Part shown: positions 53,417-63,330 of the stretch, piece by piece
Position numbering within the stretch: position 1 is the first letter of the stretch
Layout: every line of letters begins with the position of its first letter
DNA from: Alphaproteobacteria bacterium
GTDB lineage: Bacteria; Pseudomonadota; Alphaproteobacteria; MPNO01; UBA830
DNA: 64,000 nt
Assembly (NCBI GenBank): GCA_964291215.2
Contig: OZ219790.1
Span: forward strand, 1,088,001-1,152,000
Direction: 5' to 3'
The notes under the pieces: generated by a model
What the model saw: the letters and a program-made list of their open reading frames with translations, nothing else
Databases searched by the model: none
Told to the model about the DNA's origin: nothing
Program-made: the position numbers and the translations under genes

Positions 53417-54628
53417 TCACGCCCGCCTCCCGTCGACCTCGAATTCGATCGCGGCGAGCCGGTCACCCGCGATCGCGCGCTCGAATGCAGCCAGCCGCTT
53501 GTAGATGGACATCAGCTCGACGATGGTGGTCCAGGACTTGACGAGATACTGGAAGGAGTCCTCCACACGCCCGAACGCGCGAATGATCTGCTGCATCACA
53601 CCGAGCGTGAAACCGGCCGCGACGATCGAAGGACCGAGCACGATGTAGGGAAGCACCACTCCCACCTGGAGGTAACTGTAACGGACAATATCGAAATACA
53701 GATAGTTGAGGAACAGCCTGAAGTAGTTCCGGCGTACGTTCGAAAAAAGCTGCCCGAGCGACGGTGGCCTTGCGTGTTCGGTGTCATCCTCGCCCAAAAC
53801 CAGTTCCTTGCGGTAGGCCGCCTCGACGCGCTGGTTGCGGAATTCGAGCCCGGGCAGCCGTATGCCGGCCAACGCCAGGATCGTCGTCCCGAACACGGAC
53901 CAGAGTATCGCGACGAAGACCAGGGGTTGGGGCACATGGCCCACGAGGGGCAGTTCGGTGATATGTCCCGACAGGTGCCAAAGAATCGGCAGGAAGGCGA
54001 GCAGCGTCATTACCGCATCGATGAATCTCGAGCCGAGGGATTCCACGATGGCAGCGAATTTCATCGTGTCTTCCTGGATCCGTTGCGACGCTCCCTCGAC
54101 ATGGCGGATGCGGGACCAGACCGAAACATAGTAGTCGTTCATCGCGGTTCGCCAGCGGAACACGTAGTGTTTCGTCAGAAAGGCCGCCAGAACCGCGGTC
54201 AGGATGTAGACCATTGCGATCGTTACGAAGGTCAGAAGCTGCCCGAAATACTCGTCCACGGTCACCGAGTTGGGCTTTCCGAGGGCTTTCTGAATAATGT
54301 CATAGAACCTGCCGAACCACTCATTGATCATCACGTCCAGCTGGACCTGAAACCAGATGGCGAAGACGATGAGAGTGGAGCCTCCCACCGACCAGCGCGC
54401 CCAGGGATGGCGCGCCAGCATCAGCCAAGCGAACGCGAACACGGCGTAGCAGGCGACGACGAATTCATAGAGCCAGACCTTGGCCGGCGCCCAGCCCGTC
54501 AGTTCGGCGACTCCGGACGGTTCAGCCCAGTCCGACGCGACGGAATGCCAGAAAACGATGCAGGCGATGGCCCATGCTGTTGCGGAGAGAACGAAAATGC
54601 GCGGTCGGGGAAAGAATGACTGAAACAT
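53417..54628 (-). CDS. sbmA: Peptide transporter SbmA/BacA
   Basis: MF.SFFP.PR.F start, HYVFRWRTAMN, EGASQRIQEDTM, EFRNQRVEAAYRKELV.GED. Confidence 0.93.
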   Translation of the reverse strand: MFQSFFPRPRIFVLSATAWAIACIVFWHSVASDWAEPSGVAELTGWAPAKVWLYEFVVACYAVFAFAWLMLARHPWARWSVGGSTLIVFAIWFQVQLDVMINEWFGRFYDIIQKALGKPNSVTVDEYFGQLLTFVTIAMVYILTAVLAAFLTKHYVFRWRTAMNDYYVSVWSRIRHVEGASQRIQEDTMKFAAIVESLGSRFIDAVMTLLAFLPILWHLSGHITELPLVGHVPQPLVFVAILWSVFGTTILALAGIRLPGLEFRNQRVEAAYRKELVLGEDDTEHARPPSLGQLFSNVRRNYFRLFLNYLYFDIVRYSYLQVGVVLPYIVLGPSIVAAGFTLGVMQQIIRAFGRVEDSFQYLVKSWTTIVELMSIYKRLAAFERAIAGDRLAAIEFEVDGRRA

Positions 54629-54911
54629 GGGGGGGCCTCTTCGAACAGGAAAACCGGAAGGGAAAAGCGGCGCTGCGCCGGAGGCAAAGGACCGCAGCGT
54701 TTTCGACGGCCGCTGACAACCTGCCCGGCAGATCGCGACCTACATCAGATGCAGATCCAAGTCGAGCGCGCCGAGCCCGGCATGGGCCGGCCGACAAGAC
54801 AACAGGACGGTCCCGCCAGTCCTTCCGGCGCCCCCTTCGGGGCCCGGCATTGCGCACTGCCACCAGGCTCGTCATCATGCCCGTCCATCGAGAACCTTGC
54901 CGGTCAGGACA

Positions 54912-55793
54912 ATGAGGATATCGTGGCAGTCGCCCATCACGGGCTACATCATCGCTCTTGTCTCCGCCCTGGCCTTTGCCGGCCAGAACGCGTTTGCCGG
55001 ACTCGCCATCGAAAACGGCACGGCACCGCTGACGCTCGTCACGGTGCGAACTGCCTTTACCCTGTGCGCACTCGCCGTCCTGCTGAAGATCACGGGCGGT
55101 GAGCTGACCCTGCCTCGCCGGGACCGGTATGCGGCAATGGGCCTCGGCATCTTGAACGGGGTAATGGCCTTCTTCCTGATATCCGCCTTCGACCACATCG
55201 CGGTCGGCCTCGCGATTCTGATCTTCTACCTCTATCCCGTACTCACCGGCATCCTTTCCTGGACAACCGGAATGGATCGGCTCGACCGCAGCCTAGTGGT
55301 CGGCCTGATCGGCGGATTCGCCGGCCTCTCCCTTGCTCTCGAATTCTCCGGCGACGCCGACAGCACGCTGGGCATGGCAATGGCAGCGACCGCGGCGGCG
55401 ATGATGGCGGCGACGATCATACTGAGCACCCGCGTGCTCCGGAGCAACAACTCCCGGACCGTCACGCTATACATGCACCTCGCGGCAGCCGGCATGTTCG
55501 CTGTCCTGTACGCCGCGACGGGCGACCTGTCCGTGCCGGTGGCGTCGGAGGGATGGATCGGTGCGATCGGCGTCCTGATCCTCTATACCGTAGCGATTGC
55601 CACGTTCTTCGCCGGCATCGCAAGAATCGGAGGCGTGCGCGCGTCCCTCGTCATGAATCTCGAGCCGATTGCCAGTATCGGTCTCGGGTTCCTGCTCCTC
55701 GGTCAGGCTCTCACGCCGCGCCAGCTCATCGGCGCCGCCATCGTTCTCGCAGCCGTGACCGCGGTCAAATGGCTGAAGGGAAAGCCGCGTTGA
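54912..55793 (+). CDS. EamA/DMT family transporter
   Basis: About 10 TM helices; G..RAS..MNLEP motif. Confidence 0.88.
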   Translation: MRISWQSPITGYIIALVSALAFAGQNAFAGLAIENGTAPLTLVTVRTAFTLCALAVLLKITGGELTLPRRDRYAAMGLGILNGVMAFFLISAFDHIAVGLAILIFYLYPVLTGILSWTTGMDRLDRSLVVGLIGGFAGLSLALEFSGDADSTLGMAMAATAAAMMAATIILSTRVLRSNNSRTVTLYMHLAAAGMFAVLYAATGDLSVPVASEGWIGAIGVLILYTVAIATFFAGIARIGGVRASLVMNLEPIASIGLGFLLLGQALTPRQLIGAAIVLAAVTAVKWLKGKPR

Positions 55794-55929
55794 ACGGACT
55801 CGTCTCCGGCGGCCCGCCAGCCCCGTCCCGCCAACGCGACATGACCGGAGGCACCGCTGCGAGACCGGAGTTGCGCAAGGCCACGACAACCCGCAGACTC
55901 CCTTTCGCAACAACAGACTGGAAGGCCCG

Positions 55930-56352
55930 ATGACCAAGACGATTGAACATGTCCACTGGCCCGACGCGCCGGACATGTGGATGCCTTACGCCCCCGCCAT
56001 AAAGGTCACCGGCGGCACCACCGTGCATCTCGCGGGCGTCACCGCGGCGCCGGTCTACCACCACCACCCGCATCGCGCCGAAGAGTTCGATTCCATGCCG
56101 ACCGACATGCGCGGTCAGACCCGTGCGGCGCTCGCCAACCTCGAACGCGGGCTGGACGCCGTCGGAGCAGATTTTGCCAACATCGTCACCGCAACCCGAT
56201 TCGTGACGGACCTTGCCGACCAGGACGCAATGAACGAGGTCTGGGCAGAGTATTTCGGACAGGCCAAGCCGGCGACCACGACGGTGCAGGTCGTGCAGCT
56301 CGCGACCGACCCGCGCTGCCTGATCGAGATCAACGCCGTCGCCGTCATCTGA
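55930..56352 (+). CDS. RidA/YjgF family protein
   Basis: PY.PAI, QTRAAL.NL, MNEVWAEYF..PA.T, IEI.AVA. Confidence 0.9.
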   Translation: MTKTIEHVHWPDAPDMWMPYAPAIKVTGGTTVHLAGVTAAPVYHHHPHRAEEFDSMPTDMRGQTRAALANLERGLDAVGADFANIVTATRFVTDLADQDAMNEVWAEYFGQAKPATTTVQVVQLATDPRCLIEINAVAVI

Positions 56353-56379
56353 CGGTGGCAACAGGAGGAGACGAGCCAC

Positions 56380-57447
56380 ATGTCGCAGCCACCGGCGGAC
56401 GCGGACTTCGACCGGGAAATCCTCGACTACTGGATCCCTCGCCTCGTGGCCGACGGCATTGATGCCAACGATGCCCGAACAGCCCGAACGCAAATCAAGA
56501 GCTGGGCTGACTGGTCCGGCGTCTGGTCCGGCATTGCCGAAACCTACCAGTCCCTGGCTGCCGCCCGCCTGGCAGCGGATGCCCAACTGACTGCCGGCGA
56601 GGCGCTGGTCCGGTCCAGCCTCTGCTACCATGTTGCCCAACTGGTTCCGACCCGGACGCCCGAACTCAAGGCCGGCCTCCAGCAGCGCAAGGTCGAGCGA
56701 TTTCGGGAAGCTGCACCGCTGATTGATCCTCCGGCGAAGCGTCTCGAATTCCGGCACGGGAACAGTCTCTTCCCGGGATACTTACGCCTGCCGGCTGGTG
56801 TCGGGCCCCATGCCTGCGCGATTCTCGTGCCGGGGCTCGATTCGACCAAGGAGGATTTCATCACCGTCTCCGACATGTGCGTGCGTCGCGGGCTCGCCAC
56901 TTTCGCATTTGACGGGCCCGGTCAGGGCGAGGCGCGGTCGCACAGCGTGCTCGCGCCTGGCTACGAAGGCTGTATCGGTGATGTCTTCGAGCTAATGGCC
57001 GCTCGCGACGAGATCGACGGAAGCCGGATCGGCCTGCTCGGACGCAGCCTCGGAGGCCACTACATTCTGCGCGCCGCCGCGGCAGATGACCGCATCGCTG
57101 CCTGCACCGTCTTCGGTGGAGCCTACGACCTGTCGGACTGGGACAACATGCCGCAGACCATTCTCGACGGCTTCCGCCACGCCACCGGTTCAGCAACCGC
57201 CGACGAGGCCCGGAACCGGATGGAAGCGAGCTCGCTCGACGACTGCATCGATCGGGTCGGTTGTCCGACGCTGATCGTCCATGGCCGGCGCGACGCGATA
57301 TTTCACTGGACGCAGGCCGAACGGATCGCCGGGGCGCTCAAGTGCAACCCGACGCTCCTGATGGACGAGGACGGCGTGCATTGCTGCCACAATCACGCCT
57401 TCGAATACCGCACCGCGATGGCCGACTGGCTGGCCCAGATCCTGTGA
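56380..57447 (+). CDS. Alpha/beta hydrolase similar to 2,6-dihydroxypseudooxynicotine hydrolase
   Basis: PGLDSTKE, FDGPGQGE, GRSLGG nucleophile, G.HCC.N. Confidence 0.82.
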   Translation: MSQPPADADFDREILDYWIPRLVADGIDANDARTARTQIKSWADWSGVWSGIAETYQSLAAARLAADAQLTAGEALVRSSLCYHVAQLVPTRTPELKAGLQQRKVERFREAAPLIDPPAKRLEFRHGNSLFPGYLRLPAGVGPHACAILVPGLDSTKEDFITVSDMCVRRGLATFAFDGPGQGEARSHSVLAPGYEGCIGDVFELMAARDEIDGSRIGLLGRSLGGHYILRAAAADDRIAACTVFGGAYDLSDWDNMPQTILDGFRHATGSATADEARNRMEASSLDDCIDRVGCPTLIVHGRRDAIFHWTQAERIAGALKCNPTLLMDEDGVHCCHNHAFEYRTAMADWLAQIL

Positions 57448-57499
57448 CGGAGGCGCACGAAGGCGCTGCCTGTTCCGTTCGCCGCGAAAGCGGAACCGG

Positions 57500-57934
57500 T
57501 CAGTCGGCAACCAGTACGACGACCGGTATCTCGCGTATCGCCGACGCCTTCCTGCGATAGGCGTCATAAGGCGGATAGATCCCGGCCATCATTGGCCAGA
57601 GCCGTACTCGTTCCTCGGCACTCGCCGCGTGGGCCCGGGCCGTGAAGGTGTCGGCGCCGACTTGGACCGTGACCCGGGGGTCTGCCTCGATATTGAAAAA
57701 CCAGCCCGGATGGTTCGGAAGGCCTCCCTGGGAAGCGACCACGACATGGTCGTCGCCATCGCGCCCGTATATCAGCGGAGTCGTCCGCCGCTCGCCCGAT
57801 TTCCGTCCGGTTGTGGTTAGCAGGAGGCACGGGAAGTGCCCCTTGCCGTCGTGGCCGCGCCAGATATGACCGTCGGCGCCGCCGGTTTCGAGATAGCGGC
57901 GGACATGATCCCTAGTCCAGTCGAATTTTGCCAT
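57500..57934 (-). CDS. Deazaflavin (F420)-dependent nitroreductase family oxidoreductase (FDOR-A/Ddn-like)
   Basis: LLLTTTGRKSG..R.TPL, VVASQGG.P.HPGW..N, Y..Y....REIPVV. Confidence 0.88.
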   Translation of the reverse strand: MAKFDWTRDHVRRYLETGGADGHIWRGHDGKGHFPCLLLTTTGRKSGERRTTPLIYGRDGDDHVVVASQGGLPNHPGWFFNIEADPRVTVQVGADTFTARAHAASAEERVRLWPMMAGIYPPYDAYRRKASAIREIPVVVLVAD

Positions 57935-58061
57935 TGCCTGAAACTCGTGCGGTTGTGTGCCGGACATAACAGCAGACGCGGCGATTCTGCCACCTTCTGC
58001 CGGCCCGAACAATTCCGCCCGGGCCAGTTAATAGTGTGCCGGCGGCGTCGTGAAGAGCCGA

Positions 58062-58895
58062 CTACGCCGCCATCTTCCATTCCGCCAAACCGCAGCCGAT
58101 GAGGATCTCGGGAACCGGCCTGTAATCGATCAGGTCGAAACCGCGGCTGCCGCATGCGGCATGAACGATCAGCCAGTTTCGGAGCTCGGCGCTGCCATTG
58201 CCGGTCGTCTTGAGTCTGCGCTCGAGTTCGCTCGCGAACTCCTCGTCGGAAGCGTCGCGGAACATTCCGATGCAGGCGTCGTCGAACGGCTCATCGATCC
58301 AGCCCGTGGTGACCTCGCCGATGGAGTGGCTCAGCCCGCCGGTTCCGAGCATTGCAACGCGGAGTTTCCCCGGGAAACTCTCGATAGCCTGCCTGACCAT
58401 CTGACCCCAGCGGATACAGCGGCCGGGTTTCGGGAAGGGCTCTTCCATAAGATTGATGAACAGGGGCACGACCGCGACTTCGGGGCCGATGCCCGTTTGC
58501 CAGAGCGGCACGCAGATTCCATGGTCGAGCTTGAGCCGCTGCGCATAGGCGGGATCAAAGCCGGAGTCCAGCGCAACATCCAGGATATGGCGTCCGAGCG
58601 CTTCGTGGCCCGGCCACATACGGTGGGGAAACAGCGGCTTCATGAAGGGCTCCGGCGGGCCATCATGCTCATCGCCAATGCCGATGCAGAATGCCGGCAT
58701 GTTGTCGAGAAAGAAGTTGACCCAGTGATCGTTGGACTGCACGACCAGGACATCCGGTTCCAGCGCCTTCACGCGACGGCCGAGCTCGGTATAGGAGTCG
58801 ACGATCCAGTCACGCGTTCCCGGATCGAGAGTGGTCCAGTGACGGGCGATGTTGGGGCCGTGGCCGGCCGCGAAACCGCCGACGAATTCAGCCAT
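58062..58895 (-). CDS. LigB-type (class III) extradiol ring-cleavage dioxygenase, large subunit
   Basis: GHGP, NDHWVNFF, LDHG, TGGLSH, ELRNW. Confidence 0.9.
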   Translation of the reverse strand: MAEFVGGFAAGHGPNIARHWTTLDPGTRDWIVDSYTELGRRVKALEPDVLVVQSNDHWVNFFLDNMPAFCIGIGDEHDGPPEPFMKPLFPHRMWPGHEALGRHILDVALDSGFDPAYAQRLKLDHGICVPLWQTGIGPEVAVVPLFINLMEEPFPKPGRCIRWGQMVRQAIESFPGKLRVAMLGTGGLSHSIGEVTTGWIDEPFDDACIGMFRDASDEEFASELERRLKTTGNGSAELRNWLIVHAACGSRGFDLIDYRPVPEILIGCGLAEWKMAA

Positions 58896-59163
58896 TGGCG
58901 ACCTCCTGCTGTCGTTTTCCGATGTCGCTGAGAATCCTGATCGAGCCCGCGTCGTCATGGCCGCTGATCAGCAGAAAGAACCGCAGCAGGTAGGGATTGG
59001 CAAGCGGCTGAATCACGTCATAGTCGTCTTCGAGGAGCGCCTTGCGAACTTCGGGCGAAAGCGGATAGCTGTCGACGACATCCTCGCGGCTGTTCGTCCA
59101 CCGGTCCTTGCCGTCGTCGCCCTGGAGATCAAACATCAACTTGTTGAGCCAGTAGTCCGCCAT
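58888..59163 (-). CDS. LigA-like small subunit of the extradiol dioxygenase
   Basis: Y.LNKL.FDL..YPLSPE...ALL..D..ANPYLL; overlaps the LigB start. Confidence 0.75.
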   Translation of the reverse strand: MADYWLNKLMFDLQGDDGKDRWTNSREDVVDSYPLSPEVRKALLEDDYDVIQPLANPYLLRFFLLISGHDDAGSIRILSDIGKRQQEVANG

Positions 59164-59595
59164 TACCGCCTCCGCAATCGTAGCGAGAAAGAGGAGCGAT
59201 TGTAACGCCCAAGGGCAGCATGTCCACGAAAAAACCGGTCCAATGGACGCCATCGGCAAACCAGTTCCGTAGGCAGCCTCGGGCCCGCTGCCAAGACCAT
59301 TTTTGCTTGTGCCGGCCCGGGTCCTCGGCATGCAGTCAATCGGGATGATCGATGATGGCCGGAAGCCATTTCGATCATGATTTGACGAGAGCAGGAGAAA
59401 TTTCGAAGGCGCCAGACAGCATTTTCTCGCTTCAATGGTCAGTCCCTGATCAATTCCGGATACCTCTGCAATGCAGGCGTGATCGGGAGCAAAATCCACT
59501 GTTTAGGCGAACTTGACCCGGAGCAATGGAGCAACCTGTTGGAAGGCGCACTTGCGTAAGGTTACTGGCGACTGCGGCTATCCGGTTATGATACC

Positions 59596-62168
59596 GGCCT
59601 TATCGTTTCATGTTTCCCCCGTTCCATAGTGAAGTGCAACCCATGATGGGCTGTGGCCATGTGTTTTTAGACGCATGATGTTGCGGAGCGGTAGCGGCGA
59701 GAGTTTCTGTGCAAGATAAAGGGAGCTTGTTCATGTCCAAAGGCTACCGTTACCTACGAAGAGCGATGCCAGATTGAGGCAGAAAAGCGGTCTTTCACAA
59801 GGTGCGATTGCTCGGCAGCTGGGCCGATCAACAATTTTCCGGGAGATCAAGCGCAACACCGGGGGACGGGGTTACCGTCACAAGCAGGCGCAAAGGATGG
59901 CAGAAACGCAGGGCAGCCTCGTCTGTTTCCTGGCGGTTGACGCCTCGGGTTGAAGCTCAGAAAAAGCTGCGGGAGGGCCCCGAGCAGCGGCCGTTTTCGA
60001 CTGGAAGGCCGTGGGTCGGCAACGGATCCATGATCGCGCATTCATGAAGATCGGAGAGCTGGGGACGTCTTGTGGAAGAAGCTTCAGCGGCGCGGCAAGA
60101 AGCCGAACTGGAAGGGCGGATGCCATTCCGGCCGGGTGGACATTTCCGAGCGCCCTGCGGAGGCAAAGGAACGGATCGGCGACTGGGGGCCATCATCGGC
60201 AAAGCTCACAGTGGAGCTGTCGTGTCGCTCGTGCCACGAAATACACCTTGCTGGGTGGACAGAAAGACACGGTTGGTTCGGTCATGATCCGCCTGCTCGG
60301 CTCTGGTGCGCTATTGGTCCACACAATCACGTCAGACAACGGAGTTCGCAGACCACAGGCGTGTCGCTGAAGCACTTGATGCAGATTTCTTCTTCGCCTG
60401 TATCTACTCACCCCTAGTTGGGTTCTGATTGGCCATAGTGCTCGTTGATGATGTCTGCGGCTTTTCCGTCGAGGGCGATCTGGGTGGCGACGAGTGGGTT
60501 GTAGCCGAGTGCGGCCATGGAGGTGAGGTAGCTTGAGCCCCGGCACCATGCTTTTGCGTGGAGCGGAAGCATCCGGACACCTTGAGCTTGACCTTTGCCA
60601 TCCTGATTTTCTGTTCTCCGGCATTGTTGGTGAAGCTGACGTTGGGGTCGTCTGTGAAGCGCAGGTTTTCGTGTTTCACGAGACGTTCGTGCAGGTTGTG
60701 CGCGTCGGACTTGCGTCCACGTTTTCCTTTCGTCGGCGGCGGGATGTCGGGCAGTTCCCTGGCGCCCTGATGGTGCGGTAGCGCTTGCGCACGGCCCGGC
60801 GTCGTTCAGGGTTTTGGATGCGCTCTTGTTGACCTTGTGGCAGACCTCGCGGAGCAGGCTCTTCATCAGTCGCGCGGTAGCCTCGACGACAAAGGTCAGT
60901 TCGCGCAGCAGGTGGCTGCCGCACAGCTGGTGGCTACACTGGCCCATGTACGAGGTCCAGCAGTCAGGACGCCCTTGTAGCACGGGATGATGCCGATCTC
61001 TTGCCTCCCGGCCGCGCTTGCGGTGCGGGAACTTGCACGTCCCGTCAGTGACGACATGGAGCCACTTACTGTTGATCCGAAATCATCGACATCGGGCGTT
61101 GCAGGAGGTGCGCCACGGCGGCCTCCTCCCATGACGCATCGTGAAAGCATAGCCGAGGCAGGTTGCCTCGGAGAGCTTGATGCCGGAGACCGCCTGCACG
61201 AACGCGACGGCACGGCGCAGGGACAGCATCTGGGCGACCAGTAGGTTGATAACGAGGGCTTGGATGCCGATGCCGTACTGCACGGGGCCCGGCATGTTGT
61301 CGGGGAACCGGCCCCGGGCCTTGCACTTCGGGCATTCCTTGATCTCGGCGCGGCGCTCGACGACCTCGAACACGATGTCATAGAGGACGCGGCGCTCCCG
61401 ATCGACAGGGCCGTCGATGTCAGCGCCGCAGGCGTCGCAGGCCGCGACCGTCTCCTCGACGATGGTCTTGCGCAGGTTGTCGCCCATCTGCCGGTTCGGC
61501 TTCGGGCCCTTGCCGTTGCTTCCGGCACGCTCTCGTCCTTGTCCGTCTGTGACGGCGGCAGACCGGAGTTCCGGCTCGTGCGTGGTCTTCTCCAGAAGGA
61601 CGACGATGATGATGTCGAGCAGGATGACGAGGACGCGGATGACGGCCTCTTCCGCCACTTTGCCGGCCGCACGCAGCGCCGCGATCCGGGTTTTGGCCGC
61701 TTCGAACTCCTCGCGCGCCGCGTTGACCGTCGCCATCACCCGGCCTTGCGCTTCATCAGCGCGCCGCTTCCGAGATGCGTTTTCACATACAGATCATGCG
61801 GGGGCTGGAGCCCCGGAAGTAGCTGGCACAGCCCGCTCGTCGCCTTCGATCCAAAGTAGCCCACTGGCGGTCCCCGTCGTTCTCGATGACCACCACTAAA
61901 CGAATCGGCATGCAGTGTCAAATCTCCACGAAAACCCGTTCGTTGCTCTACCCCGACATCAAGCCGGAACCAGGGGGTGAGCAGTTACCTTCGCCTTTCC
62001 ATTCCTGGGAGCGCGGCTTGAATGAGCACACCAACGGCCTGGGGCGGGAGTACTTCCCGAAGGGCACGGACTTTCGCGCGACATGCAACGAAGATGTTCA
62101 GAAGGTGCGGCTCAACACTCGGAAAGTCCCGGGATCGCCGACGGAGGTAATCTTGAAGTGAAACCGCC
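59596..62168 (+). mobile_element. IS30-family element, decayed, interrupted by IS66 (left end approximate)
   Basis: MSKGY..TYEERCQIE, REIKRN, ITSDNG, SWERGLNEHTNGL.REYFPKGTDF; imperfect IRs. Confidence 0.82.
60400..61988 (-). mobile_element. IS66 copy 4 (least deleted)
   Basis: Both ends present; 8-bp TSD CTTCGCCT. Confidence 0.93.
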
Positions 62169-62310
62169 CTGACCATCTGCGTTCCAAAGCCGCAACGTGC
62201 AGCAGGGTCCATGCCGCGCGACGGCGGAATAGTGGCTTGAAGCCGACAAAGGCGTTGCATAAGCTTGATGTTGAAGGAACTGAAGCTGTTTCCAGGCGGA
62301 ATCGAGAGGG

Positions 62311-62337
62311 GCAGGGGGAAAAAAGAACTCCCCCTGC
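62311..62337 (-). terminator. GC-rich hairpin downstream of the tRNA, possible terminator
   Basis: GCAGGGGGA-N9-TCCCCCTGC; no clear U-tract. Confidence 0.35.
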
Positions 62338-62426
62338 CCGCCGGATCTTCGAGCGGCATTTCGGTGAGTGCAGTCAAGCAAAATCCGTGGCCGCCGGAAG
62401 GCTCGCTCGAGCCCCGGCCGATATCG

Positions 62427-62502
62427 TGGTGACCCCAACGGGAGTCGAACCCGTGTCTTCACCTTGAAAGGGTGATGTCCTAGGCCTCTAGACGATGGGG
62501 TC
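62427..62502 (-). tRNA. tRNA-Glu (UUC)
   Basis: GACCCCATCGTCTAGAGGCCTAGGACATCACCCTTTCAAGGTGAAGACACGGGTTCGACTCCCGTTGGGGTCACCA, 76 nt with encoded CCA. Confidence 0.96.
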
Positions 62503-62625
62503 TTCGGAGACGCGAAGTAAACGAGCACGGCGGGAAAATCAACCCCTGACCCACGATCAGGACGATTTTCTCCCGTATGGTTGGCGCGAGTCTCGTCCCT
62601 GCCCATCATCGAACCGGTCGGATGC

Positions 62626-63252
62626 TCAGCTGTCTCCAGCCCGGGCAGCGCGGCGCCGAAGCCGTCTTCCAGCCCTCGCCCGCCGCCGCTGCCGCCAGCG
62701 GCGCACCGTGCGCAGCGTCAACTGATATCCTATCAGGTAGGACAGGATTGCCACCGGGATCGAACCGACCACGGTCGAAAGTCCCCATCCCTGAACGACA
62801 AGTTCGAAAAAGGCGTCCCACAGGCCGCGGTCGACAAGTCTCGGACCGGTTGCCGTCGACGATTTCATCGTCTGCAGGAACTCGAGGAATCTATGGTATC
62901 CGGTCAGGTCGTGCCAGTTTCCGAGGAGGAGCTGGCCCATGAGGAAACAGACATAATAAACGGGCCCCACGGTGAACACGTTGGTTACCCATGTCCACGC
63001 CATCGCAATGACGACGCTGAAATCGCGGCAGAAGAACGTGCGCGAGATCCACCAGTGTACGCAGCACAACGCCATCTGGATGCCGAAGGTCGGCGTGAAG
63101 GCCCAGAACAGCCCTGTCGCCACGGCCGTCGCCGCATATTCTGGGCTCCGACGCGAGCGGACAACCGGTACGATGAGCCGCAGCCGAACTGCGCGCGTTA
63201 TCCGTTCCCGAAATGTCCGCTCTGGACGTTGGGGCGTCTGTCTTTCAGCCAT
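62626..63252 (-). CDS. DUF2062 family membrane protein
   Basis: SPE..A..VA.GLF.AFTP.FGIQ, TW.TN.FT..P.YY. Confidence 0.85.
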   Translation of the reverse strand: MAERQTPQRPERTFRERITRAVRLRLIVPVVRSRRSPEYAATAVATGLFWAFTPTFGIQMALCCVHWWISRTFFCRDFSVVIAMAWTWVTNVFTVGPVYYVCFLMGQLLLGNWHDLTGYHRFLEFLQTMKSSTATGPRLVDRGLWDAFFELVVQGWGLSTVVGSIPVAILSYLIGYQLTLRTVRRWRQRRRARAGRRLRRRAARAGDS

Positions 63253-63330
63253 TTGCCGGCGATCTCGCGAAGCGACGGATGCCCGGGCGCGACCGGACCT
63301 TCCACCTGTGGCAATTTGCGGCCAGCCCCG

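Noticed and set aside
59170-59590. Short ORFs upstream of the LigA-like gene, and similarly at 43050-43420 and 40760-41050
   Set aside because: No recognisable motifs; could not be assigned.
18230-62502. Whole accessory region as a single island integrated at tRNA-Glu
   Set aside because: No duplicate of the tRNA 3' end was found near the left boundary, and host-like genes are interspersed.
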